Below, piece after piece: positions 30,134 through 44,997 of a DNA stretch of 64,000 bases (position 1 is the first letter of the stretch; the number at the start of each line of letters is the position of its first letter). The notes under the pieces are model-generated. The model saw only the letters and a program-made list of their open reading frames with translations. It was not told the origin of the DNA and did no database searches. The DNA is from Octopus vulgaris (taxonomy: Eukaryota), in the NCBI GenBank assembly GCA_951406725.2, contig OX597831.1:21762001-21826000 (forward strand), given 5' to 3'. The position numbers and the translations under genes were made by a program.

Positions 30134-31163
30134 CATACGTACGTATGTACGTACATGTATACATACATACATACATACATGCATACATACGGAAAATATT
30201 AAGGATAAAACGATTTTAATGATTTTACGAACTGGCCAGAGTGTAGATGTAGTTTTTAGAGCCATTTGCCGTCTTTTGCGAGCGTGTTTGTAGGGTTTAT
30301 CCGTACCGGCGCGGCAGTTGCTGCGTGGTAAGAGATCTCGAGAATGGCCGCAGTCAAAGGAGTGAAAGGAATATGCAATGGCGCCATAACTACGATTTCG
30401 GCCCTAGTATTCCGTTACAGCACCTACCTAGCGTACTCAATCGGTTAGATCTTCAGTTAACTAAACCCCATACTTTGTATATGTTTGCATGTTTGTATGT
30501 ATGTATATGTATATATATTATGTATGTATGTATCAATGTATGTATGTATGTATGTATGTATGTATGTATGTATGTATGTATGTATGTATTCGTGTGTCTG
30601 TGTTTGTTGCCCCACCATCGCTGGACAACTGTTGTTGGTGTGTTCACGTCCCCGTAACTTAGCCGCTCGGCAAAACAGACCGATAAAATAAGTACTTGGC
30701 TTACAAAGAATAAGTCCTTGGGTCGATGTCTCCTAGAAAAGGCGGTGCTCCAGCATGGCCACAGCACAACGTCTGACACAATTAAAAGAATAGAAGAATA
30801 AAAGAATAAAAGAATAAAAGAATACACGAACACTCACACCAACAACCCAGTCTTATACACACAACATGCGTACATGGAGAGAAAGAGAGTGCATCAGAAA
30901 GAGAGAGAGAGAGTTGAGAGGAGGTTCTGGGGGAGAGTGATGCAAATTGCAATAATCCATGTTTATATCATAACAATAGTTGAATTCTTTTGTATTTATA
31001 AACGTTAAATATGGCGACTTGCTTGTTCGGAGAAAAAATACGTGTGAAATGAATTCAATAAATATAATCCGTTGTATTGCCTCCAGCATGGATAAGGCTA
31101 AATGGTATCGTTTTTATTGTTTACTTTGCTTCCTGAACACTTTAGCGAATATATCTTCTGCTT

Positions 31164-31203
<40 letters not shown>

Positions 31204-31329
31204 TGTGCACGCGTGTGTGTGCGTGCATGTTTGTATGTGTGTGTGCACATGTATATATATATATATATATGAAACACGAACATTTCAGTCCATAATGCAA
31301 GTCATATGCGATAAATCTGTTCCAGTAGG

Positions 31330-32420
31330 TAGGCCAACTTAAACAAAAACAGGATCCCTAGGAAAAGGAAGATTCTTATGAGATGACGGACAAAGACTGC
31401 GAACCGCCTGAGCAAGCACCCCAAAAATAATGAGAAGTTTCACCTGGAGAGTGCGCTATTGGAGATCAAGAAACGTCTATATCAATCTCACGAAGAGGAG
31501 AGATCCGAGAAGGAAGCTTGGTTCATAGAAAATATCAAGTAGTACCCTGAAGTATTGTCTAAGTTTGTCAAAGAAATACCCTCAATACGCCACAAGATAG
31601 GATACCTCTTCCAAAAAAATGATTCCCTGACAGGAAACCTAATGGGGATAAGTGAAATTCTAAACGAACAGTTCCAAAGTGTGTTCTCTACACCTCTGGG
31701 ACACAGGCAAGTGAACAAACCAGCAGAATTCTTTGCCACTTTAAGAGGCGAAAATTGATCACATCAACATTGAAGAATACGATGTAACACTAGCCATATA
31801 TGAGTTTGACAGAAACTGAGCAGCTGATCCTGACGGATTACTAGTGGTCCTTCTCAATCGTACAAACGAACCCTTGCAAAACCGCTGCAGTTTCTTTTTC
31901 AAAGCTTTCTTGCAAGCGGTAAGCTCCCAGAAAAACTGAAGGATGTTATAAAATAGCCCCATCCATAAGAGAGAAAGCAGAGCAGATGCTAAAAATTATT
32001 GGCCTATCTCTCTGACATCACACATCAGCTAAGTCATGGAACGAATAGTCTGCAAGAAACTGATCGCCTTCCTTGAAGAAAGTGACTTGCTGACTGTCAT
32101 TCAGCATGAATCTCTACCAGGTAGAAGCTGCCCTGCCTAACACTGCTCTGGCAACACTACGACTGGGTGTTAAAGCAACTGCTAAAGGATTCAAGAGTAG
32201 TTGTGATATATCTCGACTTCGCAAAAGCCTTTGATAAAGTATGGTATGATATGTCACGATCTACTTGACCTCAGCATAATCGGAAAACTTGGAAAGTGGC
32301 TGCACAACTTTTTTAAGGATAGACATCAAATAGCAAGTGTTGTTCCACAGGGCACTGTCTTAGGGCCACTGATATTCATAATTGCCCTCTCAGACATGCC
32401 CTCAGCTGCTCAGATAGCCA
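31330..32420 (+). mobile_element. CR1-group LINE ORF2 (reverse transcriptase) pseudogene fragment
   Basis: LNEQFQSVFS; IHKRESRADAKNYWPISLTSHIS*VMERIV; VIYLDFAKAFDKV; VPQGTVLGPLIFII. Several stops and frameshifts. Confidence 0.9.
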
Positions 32421-33313
32421 CAGGCTTTACGCTTAACGTTTTTGACAAAATTTTGTATTTTAAAAGTTATTCCGTTAGAAGTTAGAGTGACAATGGACAA
32501 ATTCGTGTTTGATAAGTGCCAATACACGAAACACTCAGCTTTTGACCTACTCTCTAACTTCTGCCGATGATATATATACATATTACATATATGTGTAAAA
32601 AGATCTCATCACGGAATAGAACCAATGAAAGAGCCTCTACCTGGTCGCTCGACACGCTAAAAATAGCAGCTAAAGTATCCCCTACCTAAATTACACAACC
32701 ATTGTATGTAATGTCCTAGATTATCCCTAAAAAGACGGCTTGCTGAAGGCTGGAATGTCTTTGATTATACGTTTGTAGTATCAGGGTTTATTTGAGGCTA
32801 AGTAACAACATTATGGTCAATTTCTATATTTTCGCAAAAAAAAAAAAAAGAGATTTTTTGCGTGGAATCAAGTACCCTGACCTCCTAATATGCAGCAAAT
32901 CCCATATTTTGGTTCGGACATGAGGTGGGAAGCGTCCCGCCAATGACAGAATCATTGTTTTTTTTTTCGTTCAATAAATTCCTGTGACATCCTAATATTG
33001 CAAAATTAGGTTATTTAATGTAAGCCTGATAACTGATGGTTCTGTAGGTCTTGTTTGTAACTTTTGTTGAGTCATGGTGCAACCAACAACATGGTAAAAA
33101 TCCCTGCTATTAATTTGGTGTGGATGGGTAATATAAAATAATTTAATCACAACATATGTTTAACTTAAACGCGAAACAAAATTTGAAATATTATCATCAC
33201 TTACATGGATAAAATTGAATTATCTTTCAGTAGTTTATGAGGTAAAATCTTAAATTATTAATTGACACTTTATTAATTATCCTATAACACAGCAATGCCT
33301 GGAAAAATCATGG

Positions 33314-33822
33314 ATTACATGGAAAAATGCGAGCATGAAAAGTCATATTCTTAAGATTATAAACCTGGAAAAGTAGAGGACAAGTTATAACACCTGGAAA
33401 AGTATAGGACAAGTTATAACACCTGTAAAAGTATAGGACAAGTTGTTACTTCTAGTAAAGTAAAGAATAAGAAACATTTTACTTAAAATATTGCAGCTAA
33501 AATTAAAATTTGAATATCAAAACTTATTTTATTATATTCTAAAAATAACAGTATACTTATTTAAGTAGAAATTGGCAATATTTACTACATTAAATACAGA
33601 AAAAGTGACTAATTAGTCAAACTTACAAATTAGCTGTACAGTTTTGTACAATAAATTTAAAAGATGAGAACTGTAAAGAGTGATAAATTAGAAGAAATGG
33701 CATTCGTTACTTTACTAGAAGTAATAGCTTGTCGAATACTTTTACAGGTGTAATAACTTGTTCTCTACTTTTCCATGTTTATAATCTTAAAAATATGGCT
33801 TTTCATGCTCGCAGTTTCCATG

Positions 33823-33826
<4 letters not shown>
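33314..33826. repeat. Fold-back inverted repeat whose arms contain 28-bp tandem units
   Basis: 33314-33463 is the reverse complement of 33707-33826. The unit ACCTG(G/T)AAAAGTATAGGACAAGTTATAAC has 3 copies on the left and 2 on the right. Confidence 0.85.
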
Positions 33827-33882
<56 letters not shown>

Positions 33883-33904
33883 GTACTATTATATCATATA
33901 TATG

Positions 33905-33973
<69 letters not shown>

Positions 33974-34409
33974 ATATATACACTAAGATATTTACATTAC
34001 ACATACACACAGATGTAAATGTTTATACAGATACATTTACATACACACATATACATACATATACATAAATATACATATGTATATATTCATATATGGATAA
34101 TATACATGTGTATGTGTGTGTGTGCTTGTGTGTGAATAATTGTATGAGTATTTTTAACACGCTCGGCTTCATTGGGATGTCTATGATATTCGCCGCCGGA
34201 CATTATTTTCGCAAAAAATTTCTCTCTAATATTTTTGGCACAGAAAAGAACATTGACCCGAACTTCGACTTTATCACTTCGACATTATCACACTGATACA
34301 CATGCATAACCACCGACAAACACACACAAAGAAGTACACACAGACTCACATACATACATATAATGCGCACACACTCACGCATACAAACACGGAAGCACAC
34401 ACAATAAAA

Positions 34410-34440
<31 letters not shown>

Positions 34441-35206
34441 ATGTTGAATACTTGTATACGTATGCATATTTCTACATAGAAATTGAAAATGAAATTTAAA
34501 ATTACTAATATAATAGATATTATAGAAACAATAAATCTATTCTAGATATAATTTTAAAAATATTTTGGTGATTGTAAACATAATTCTTATGGTGTTGCAG
34601 GTGTTTTCTGATGAGATTTACGAGACATGTCAGATATTTAAATAAACTGCTTTCATAGGCGCAGGAGTGGCTGCGTGGTAAGTAGCTTGCTTACTATTAA
34701 GTTGTGGACGCATTTTTTCTGCGCTGAGGAAGTAACGTCGTTCGACGTTGAAATTGAACATTTAAAGTACGACCACAGGTAAAGCATTTGTTTTTTGGGG
34801 AGCATAGTGAAGTCCGTTGTCCACATGGTTATTATTTTTTCGAACAATGGTCTCCACTGTGTTCCAGACATTTGTTTGCTAGAAGACTCACATTTTAGTG
34901 AGAATTGTGTGTATTTTCGGGAGGCGTGTCCGACCGAAAATTTTTTGGAATTTTCTATGACTGTTTTTGTGCCTTTCAAGTGGATCTTTACCATAAAGGA
35001 TAGGGGTACAGTCGGAATTTGTGCTGCGAAGGACCACCAGTTTGGATTACCAGTAGCAGAAATGTGTTGTGTTGTGTTGCCATTTTGGACTATCTTCCTT
35101 CGCTCTTTCTTCTCTTGTCTGTCTTTCTGATCTTTTTTGAGTTTTCATAGACTTTTATTTGAACATTTTAATTTTTGTTTCTATATTTTTTCTTGTGGCT
35201 GTTAAC

Positions 35207-35592
35207 ATGGCAACAGTGAAATCCGCTTTGGCGTGGCAAATTCTGCCCCGCAAAGAATGGGTGAAAAATTATTCGGAGAGAACGTAGAGTTAGGGACCTA
35301 TTCCGGGGTCCTTAACACCATCAAGGTCTTCTCTGAGGAAGAAATTGAGGAGGAGTTGGCAGACTATCTGCCAACTATTAAGTCTATCCGCAGGGGTGCG
35401 AAGTATGGAACTGTGTGTGTACTTTTTAACACCCCTGCGGAAGCTTTATTAAAAAGCAGCAAAAATATCACAAAATCTGGTACTCAGAGCTTCACGTTCT
35501 CGCTCGTCGGACATTCTAAACAAAGCTGTCCGACAAACGGAGGGCATGAAACTTTGGGTAACAGATTTTGTAATATCTTTGCTGCTTTTTAA
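35207..35592 (+). pseudogene. Possible LINE ORF1 (gag-like) relic, internally deleted
   Basis: ATG at 35207 is frameshifted into a non-repetitive ORF at 35233-35592. It has an RRM-like part (IKSIRRGAKYGTVCVLFNTPAEA) and a zinc-knuckle remnant (GHSKQSCP). AATAAA follows at about 35591. Confidence 0.45.
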
Positions 35593-35897
35593 TAAAGCAT
35601 ATTACTCTACCTCTGGTATTCGAGTATTATTTTCACCTTGTTCCGTATCTATGTTCTTACTCTTGTGTATATACATATATTACTCTTTTACTCTTTTACT
35701 TGTTTCAGTCATTTGACTGCGGCCATGCTGGAGCACCACCTTTAGTCGAGCAAATCGACCCCGGGACTTATTCTTTGTAAGCCCAGTACTTATTCTATCG
35801 GTCTCTTTTGCCGAACCGCTAAGTGACGGGGACGTAAACACACCAGCATTGGTTGTCAAGCAATGCTAGAGGGACAAACACAGACACACAAACATAT

Positions 35898-35968
<71 letters not shown>

Positions 35969-36302
35969 AAGTGGAGGGATATCGCCTAGTGGTTAGAGCA
36001 GCGGACTCGCGGCCGAGGGATCACGGGCATGAATCTCAGACCGGGTGATGTGTGTGTTTATGAGCGAAACACCTATGCTCCACGCGGCTCCAGGTATACA
36101 GTGAACATTGGAAACGTAACGAGAGATTCATCTCGTGCTGAACTTCTGCTGACTCTTTCGCCACAAAATTCTCTCATTCTTTCCTCCTGCATCTTGCAGC
36201 TCACCTTCGATGGACCGGTGTCCCGTCCAGATGGGGAACCTATACGCCAAAGAAACCTTGAAACCGGCCCTTATGAGCCAGGTATGACTCGAGAAATAAC
36301 AA

Positions 36303-36335
<33 letters not shown>

Positions 36336-36788
36336 CTTTTTAATAGTATATACATACAAACATGCATATATATATATAATCAAGGGTACTAACAAGCAGT
36401 ACTGGTACAGTCTGGCTAAAGATGTGTTTTCAATTTTAGATCATTTTCGTCATTGGTACGGGGTTTTAGGATTTGTATTCATTTGCCTGCTTTCACCATT
36501 GTCTATAAATGAAAACTTGTGACTTGGTTATTTTGGCTGCTATATTTAGCATGCCGGTACCACTTATTAGTACCCTTGATTATTAACTGATTATTTTTAC
36601 CGTTATGGGTTTCTTACGCTTGATAAGCCACTGATATTGTAATTAAGAATAATATACTCAGCCGTATGTTATATACAGTTTATTAATATATATAAATATA
36701 AATAAGGAAGGGAAAACAGAACAGTATATTAAACAATTATGAATTCAATTTAATTTTAGTGTTTTATACAAAGAAATGACACATCATA

Positions 36789-36868
36789 AATTACAGCTTT
36801 TTCCACATCACTAACAAAACGAAATTTTCCAAGAATGATCAAATTAGTTATGGTGCTTCATCAGATAG
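36789..36868 (-). ncRNA. Degenerate long-stem-II hammerhead-like motif
   Basis: CTGATGA-AGCACCATAACTAA...TTAGTGATGTG-GAAA-AAGCT-GTA. Confidence 0.35.
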
Positions 36869-37074
36869 ACAGATCTGCTTTCTCCTTCAATATTTCAGGA
36901 AAAATATCAATTGAAAATATTTATAACTGCTAAGGCTTTTCAAAACGCTTTTTAAGAGAGAGCTTAATCATAAAATAGGTAAATAATCTAACTGAAATTA
37001 TGTAAATTCCTAAATCTAAATCTATAAATATTCAGTTCGATAACCGAATTCATTGCACAATAAACACGTTCATA

Positions 37075-37466
37075 TTTTCTTTCAAGTTTCAGCTCAGAGC
37101 TTCGGCCAGGCTGATGCACCGCCGTTTTGTGCTACACTGTTATTACGAAGAACCTCGTCTAATATGTGGCACTTGGTGAAGAATGGAGTTTGATATAGCT
37201 ACTCTCATTTGCACCTCTTGCCGTGAGGTAGGTTCATCTGGGACTCTTGACAGGAAGATGTCCAGCTTTGATTTAAAAACCGCTACATCTACTTTGTGCA
37301 AGTTCCTCAGACTCTTTGGGAGAATGTTAAAAAGCTGTGGGCCCTTGAAACCCAGGCTGTTGCAGAAGCTGGTCCTGAAGCGTGATGGCATTGCTGGGAT
37401 CTTTGGCACTATGCAGTGTCGGCCCGTTCTAGCATTGGTGTAGCTTACAATGCCAACATTTGGCAT
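37075..37466 (-). mobile_element. 3' end of a CR1-group LINE (ORF2 C-terminus and 3' UTR)
   Basis: ORF 37143-37466 has RTGRHCIVPKI...NSLGFKGPQLFNILPKSLRN...FKSKLDIFLSRVPDEP, typical of a CR1-group C-terminus, then a short UTR. Confidence 0.8.
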
Positions 37467-37607
37467 TGTAAGCTACATATTTATACGTATTTATATATAT
37501 TTATATATACACATGTACAGCTGTAATTTATGAGATGTGTCATTTGTTTGTATGAAATATTTAAATTGAATTAAATTTATAATTGTTCAATTTTTGCTTT
37601 GATTTCC

Positions 37608-37667
<60 letters not shown>

Positions 37668-38081
37668 TTATATATAAGACAAGCTTATTTCAGTTTCCGT
37701 CTATCAGTTGGTCCGAGGCTGAAGAGAGGACACTTTCCAAAGATACCATGCAGTGAGACGGAACCCCAAACAAAGTGGTTGGGAAGTAGGCTTCTTACCA
37801 CACATATTACGCTTTATTTATCGTTTGGTAAATAAAACAATAATATTTTAAAATGGATGCGAATATTGAACGATTATCCATTTCTTCTCCATACTGTACT
37901 TGAAATTGTCAGCTGAAATGGTTTTAAGATTGAGTATTTCCTAGTTCCTGAGAAGAAATTTAGCAAGAAAATTATACTGTCTTTTGTAGTGAAGAATTGG
38001 AAGTAAGCGGCTGTAAAATAAGGTAAAGTATACGCTGCGGCAAACGGCCTCTCACAATTGAATATATTGGGAGTGTAACAT

Positions 38082-38312
38082 AAAAGGAGCACTCCGTCGG
38101 TTACGACGACGAGGGTCCCAGTTGATCTGATCAACGGAACAGCCTGCTCGTGAAATTAACGTGCAAGTGGCTGAGCACTCCACAGACACGTGTACCCTTA
38201 ACGTAGTTCTCAGGGAGATTCAGCGTGACACACAGTGTCGCTTGGAATCGAACTCACGACCTTACAATCGTGAGCCGAATGCCCTAACCACTAAGCCACG
38301 CGCCTTCACCTA
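38082..38312 (-). mobile_element. SINE family C with 12-bp TSD
   Basis: Matches 15205-15422 and 53579-53880. TSD GGAGTGTAACAT at 38070-38081 and 38313-38324. Confidence 0.9.
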
Positions 38313-38633
38313 GGAGTGTAACATGTAGGATTTAAAAAAACCTTTTTACCGTGTTCTGTAGCTGATTCGCAACTCCCATGAACGGAGATAATAAAAAACC
38401 TGCAAACTCCACTTCATACAAAAACTTCAACAAAGATGTCAGTGGATTTGTGTTTGTGAAAGGTAAGTTTACAAGAGCGGAAAACTTAAGATGTTAACAG
38501 GAGGAAAATATTTCAATCATCTCAAAAGAAAACATTTATTGTGAGCCAAATATCTACGTGAAATAACATCTATAGTATATCTGTGACATTGAAATAAAAG
38601 ATAAATATTGTAGAAATGATAGGCTGTATTGCA

Positions 38634-38722
<89 letters not shown>

Positions 38723-38739
38723 GTGTGCGTGTTTGTGTG

Positions 38740-38772
<33 letters not shown>

Positions 38773-39615
38773 ATGTGTGTGTGTGTGCGTGTGTGTCTTC
38801 TTTTATCCTTTTATTCTTCTACTTCTTTCAGTCATTTGATGCAGCCATGCTGGAGCACCGTCTTACAGGCCTTTATTCTTTGTAAGTTTAGTATTTATTC
38901 TATCGGTCTCTTTTGCCGAACCTCCAAGTTACGACGACATAAGCATCGGTTGCCAAGCGATGCCGTGGGGGTACAAACACACACACGCACACACACGCAC
39001 ACACACGAACACACACACACACACATCCCCTCACAAGGATTTTGTCAACCCGAGCAAGGCTATCATTTTCGGTCTACTAAAGCAAGTACCAGTCATGCAC
39101 TGAGGTTAATGTAATTGTTTTCCCAACTCCTCAAACTTTTTGTCTTTATGCCAAACTAAAAGAGGATTACTTATAGACTTATATGCTTCGTGGGCAAGGG
39201 TGGGGTGCAATGGTGGGGTGTGGGTTGGGAGTGATGTTGTGCGTTTGTGTATATCTATGTGTATCTTTGTGTCTGTGTTTGTGTTGTGTCGCACGTTAGT
39301 ATGCCTTCTGCTCAACTGCGACTACAACTCTTCTCTGTTCTTGTCTCTGACGACATCTAGACTTCTCCCTCTATGTCTACGTATTGGGCTAGACTATTTC
39401 ATCATCTAGGGGCGTCCACACAACAGTTTGTCCCACCACCCACTGGTTGACGACCGCTATTGGCGTGTTTGCAGCCTTTTCTCTGGGAGGTGCTGCAAAA
39501 AAGTGCGATATAATACGTACGAGGCTAAAATATAAGACCTGAGACCGATTCATCCGAACAAATACTCAAAGCCTTTTGAGTAGATTTCATAGACAGAAAC
39601 AGAAAGAAGCCCGTC

Positions 39616-39704
<89 letters not shown>

Positions 39705-39742
39705 ACTGTAAAGCTCGCAGGGTAGACCATCCAAACTCAGCC

Positions 39743-39789
<47 letters not shown>

Positions 39790-39969
39790 TGAATGTGTGT
39801 GTGCGCGCGCCACGTCTGCATGTATGTATATATTTCTGTGTGTGTGTGTGTGTGTGTGTTTGTGTGTATACGAGGTGTGGTTAAATATCCGACGTTTGTC
39901 CCCTTAACAAGTAATATTAAAAAATACACCATTTTCATTTAGTCTCCTTCAATATGTTAGCCTTGGGAG

Positions 39970-40428
39970 TCCTTTAACTTGAAAACTTTAACTTGAAAGT
40001 ACCCTCTTTCCAGAATTGAGGTGGTTTCATGGCAAAGCATTCATCAAGGTATCTTTTTGCGTCATCCAAGTAACTGAAGTTTTTTCCATTAAGACTATTC
40101 TGCAGACACCTGAATAAGTGGAATTCCAAAGGAGCAATATCTGGTGAATATGGTGGCTGGGGTAACACATCCCAGCCGAGCTACAGCAATTTTTGTCTGG
40201 TTCCCAAAGCACCAAGTGCCGAAAATGTGCTTTCTAATCTTCCATTTCAAAGGGTTACAGAATTAACACAGGTTATAGGAACATAAACCTTCTTCCATGA
40301 AAAGATAGCTTAAACTGTGCTCTAAATGGTGGTGTAGTCAAATCCTATTTTATGGACTCAAGCATGTTCTAAAATAAGTCGAAATTTAAGCTACTATAAA
40401 TCGACACCAACTTTCCGGACAACCCAAT
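39970..40428 (-). mobile_element. Internally deleted mariner element
   Basis: 5' TIR-like TATTGGGTTGTCCGGAAAGTTGG. The start MED*KAHFRH is joined to the C-terminal LPQPPYSPDIAPLEFHLFRCLQNSLNGK. Confidence 0.85.
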
Positions 40429-40982
40429 ATTTTGTGCTAAAAGTTGCCATATTGGATAATTTCCGACTACACTGCATGTGTATATATATATATATATATA
40501 TATGTGTGTGGAGAGAGAGATAATTACTAAATATATACATACATGCACATATATATGAATGTATACATTTATAAGTATGTATGTATATACAAATATGCAT
40601 GAGCGTTTTCGCATGTCCATACTATCATCCATATTAATATCTGTTTATGAGCATATGCTATATATGTATGTACGTATGTATGTATGTATTTGCGTATGCA
40701 CGTGTGCATGTGTGTGTGTATACATATATATACACACTACTATTATGTTGTGTATCGCACATAATCTGATGGGCTGCTTCACCTATTTTGATCTCCGTAT
40801 TTGGTTTTTTTCTTTTTTTGTGAAATTGCTTCGTTTCTTTACAACAAATTCAACATTTTCTTTTCTCCTTCTCAACTGCTTAAAGTACGAGTCACCTGCG
40901 CTCGCATATGCCGATATGTGCAGGCATATACATACACACTCAAACACATACTCACACACATATGTATCTATCTGCCTATCTG

Positions 40983-41037
<55 letters not shown>

Positions 41038-41136
41038 CTCTCTATATATATATATATGTATGTATGTATATATATATATATACATACTAAATACATGTAT
41101 GTAGGTACATGCATGTATATACATGTATATATAAAG

Positions 41137-41180
<44 letters not shown>

Positions 41181-41209
41181 GCATGTGTATGTACATATAT
41201 ACACATGCG

Positions 41210-41256
<47 letters not shown>

Positions 41257-41306
41257 TTGTAATCGACTTACTGCGATCCGCATATATAGTTAGCCGGGCG
41301 CCAAAC

Positions 41307-41375
<69 letters not shown>

Positions 41376-41401
41376 ATAATAATACTAATAATAATAATAA
41401 T

Positions 41402-41497
<96 letters not shown>

Positions 41498-41834
41498 AAG
41501 AAGAAGAAGAAGAAGAAGAAGGTGATGATGAAGAAGAAGAATATATTATATAGGCGTGGGAGTCGCTGTGTGGTAAGTAGCTTGAGTTTTGTGAGCTACG
41601 TTATAGACTATGAAGTCCCAAAAAATTGAAAAATTGTAAAAACTATAAGAGATTTAATACCTCGTTTTGTGTTCGTTTTTAAAGAACAATGTTTTTGAGA
41701 AGCTAAGTTGTCAGGCGCTCTTTGTCTAATCCCAACCTCCTTGTTTTGACATCATTTATTTCATTAGTGTCCTTGTCCAGTCGCAAAGTTACTATACTCT
41801 ATATACTGCCTGTATGGCAAATATAATGAAATAA

Positions 41835-42530
41835 AGTAGCTCGCTTACCAACCACATGGTTCCGAGTTCAGTTCCACTGCGTGGCACCTTGGGCAAGTGT
41901 CTTCTACTATAGCCTCAGGCCGACCAAATACTTGTGAGTGGATTTGGTAGACAGAAACTGAAAGAAGCCTGTTGTATATATGTATATAAATGTATGTCTA
42001 TGTGTATGTGTTTCTGTGTATGTGTATGTCCCCACAACAACCGATGTTGGTGTGTTTACGTCCTCGTAACTTAGCGATTCAGCAAACACACTTGTATATA
42101 CAATATACATAGATACATACATATATATCATATACATATACATTCGTACTCACAGGAATGGCTGTGTGGTAAGTAGCTTGCTTACCAATCACATGGTTCC
42201 GGGTTCAGTCCCACTTCGTAGCACATTGAGCAAGTGACTTCTACTATAGCCTCTGGCCGACCAAATCCTTGTGAGTGGATTTGGTAAACGGAAACTGAAA
42301 GAAGCCCATATTGTATATATATGTGTGTGTGTGTGTTTGTTCCTCCACCATTGCTTGATAACTGAAGGTGGTGTATCTACGCCCCCTTGAATTATCGTTT
42401 CTGCAAAACAGACCGATAGAATAACTACTATGTTTAGAAAGAATAAGTCCTCGCGTCGATTTGCTCGACTAAAGGCCGTGCACCAGCATGACCACAGTTA
42501 AATGACTGAAACAAGTAAAAGTGTAAAAGT
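41835..42530 (+). mobile_element. Two tandem SINE-A copies
   Basis: Family-A head and body at about 41835-42080 and 42150-42530. Confidence 0.85.
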
Positions 42531-42639
42531 GTAATATACATATATAAACATGTGTGTGTGAATATATATATATATATATATATACAAAGTGAGAGGTAGA
42601 GAGAGAGAGAAATACACATAGATATATATCCATATATAC

Positions 42640-42680
<41 letters not shown>

Positions 42681-43709
42681 TACATATATACATACATCTA
42701 AATTTATACATTTTTGCGAAAAGAGTGTTAACTGTTTGAAGTTTTGACTGCTGACCTTCAATGGAGTTTTGGTGCATTCGATTTCATCTTGGCTTCATAT
42801 AGTTCGTGATAATTTTGATCTTATTATTTTTTTTTTTTTGTAGTGCAGAGGAAGCTGAGTTGAATGACAATTAACTTGCAGTGTTCTGAGGGTAAGATAT
42901 TAATGGTTTTATATTTCAAAATTGGAGTTTTGTCAAAATTCAAAGTCAAACCAAAAGTGTGAAGCTTTGTAAACAAGTATAACTGCTAAGTATGTAGGTA
43001 CTTCATTGGGTTCACAAATTTAATTGTAAGTAGATGAAATGTCCATCTGGTCACTAGCGGACTTACTGCGTTTGAATGACTGAGTTTATTCAATTTCTCT
43101 TAGTTAGAATATATTTAAATGTCTTGCTTTCGAAAGTTAGAGTACAGCATACTTATGCACACACGCGCACACACTTTTACACACAAGTATACCTACATAC
43201 ATGCAAGCACGCGTGCGTGCGAGCGTACATACATACATACATAATTTACCTTCTGCCAGAACCGCGTGGAGCTGAGGTGTTTCGCTCATATACACACACA
43301 CATCGCATTGTCTGAGATTCGAACCCGTGACCCCTCGACCACGAGTCCGCTGCTCCAACCACAAGGCCATATACCTCCACATGTTTATATATGTATATAT
43401 ACACAAATATATATACATATACATATACACACACAGAGATACTTTTATACTCTCTCTATCTCTCTCTCTCACGCACACACAAGCACACACACACACACAA
43501 GAGCTGGCAGAATCTTTGGGAAGTTGTAAAAATAGTATATGACATTCATTTTCGATCTTTCTCGTTTTGAGGTTGAAATATGGTGCAGGTCAAATTTGCC
43601 TTTCATCCTTTCGAGATCAATAAAATAAAACCAGTTGAGCCCTGTCAGCTTTGTAATCGAATTGCTGCGATCCACAAATATAGCTAGCCGGGCGCCAAAC
43701 TGAATAGTC

Positions 43710-43775
<66 letters not shown>

Positions 43776-44323
43776 ATGCGTGTGGCTGTGTGGTAAGAAA
43801 GCTTGCTTACCAACCACATGGTTCCGGGTACAGTCCCCTAGCGTGGCACCTTGGCAAGTTTCTTCTACAATAGCCTAAGTTACATCCCCATAACTTAGCG
43901 GTTCGGCAAAGCAGACGGATAGAATAAGTACTAGGCTTGCAAAGAATAAGTCCTGGGGTCGATTTTCTCGACTAGAGGCGGTGCTCCAGCATGGCCACAG
44001 TCAAATGACTGAAACACGAAAAAGAGGTCACAAATGCAAAGACTAAAGAGAACAGTAGAGATCTTTGATTTTTAGATAGAAGTAAATTGGAAACAACCAA
44101 CGACAAAGAAACAAATTCTTACCGTGATATTATTAGTATTATTAGTATTAACATTAGTATGTACTATGTGATACGTTGCACAATTAATCTTGTCTTAGTT
44201 TTAGCTTATTTTGAAATCGGTATTTTTACAATTCATAAACGTACAATAATCCTGTTATATATTCATACATATATACACATGCACACATGCAGAGATACGC
44301 ACGCACACACACACACAAACATT

Positions 44324-44393
<70 letters not shown>

Positions 44394-44709
44394 TATACAT
44401 AATTCATATACATTATATATATGCATACATACGCGTATATGATGATTATCTATATGTAAGTAATAGAAGATTACAAGTTATCCGAACAATTGTTTCGTCT
44501 CCCTTCATTCTTTCTGTTCCGCTGTCCACATTACTGTATTCTCAAGAAAGAGAATATAATCGTGTTTATTTTCCGTATGAGTGAACATAGATTAGATTCT
44601 AAACACTTTTAGCAACTAATGTAGATTGAGCACTTTTTAGTTTATTTTTATGCCACACGAGATATCAAAGACTGTAATATATATGTGTGTGTGCGAGTAC
44701 ATACATTAC

Positions 44710-44763
<54 letters not shown>

Positions 44764-44903
44764 ATATATATATATATACACACACATATATATATTTATA
44801 TATGTATATATATTCATATATTTCTGTATAACTGTGTCATTATATATACATATTGTGTATATATATATAAACATATATATATATGTATGTATGTATGTAT
44901 ATA

Positions 44904-44997
<94 letters not shown>

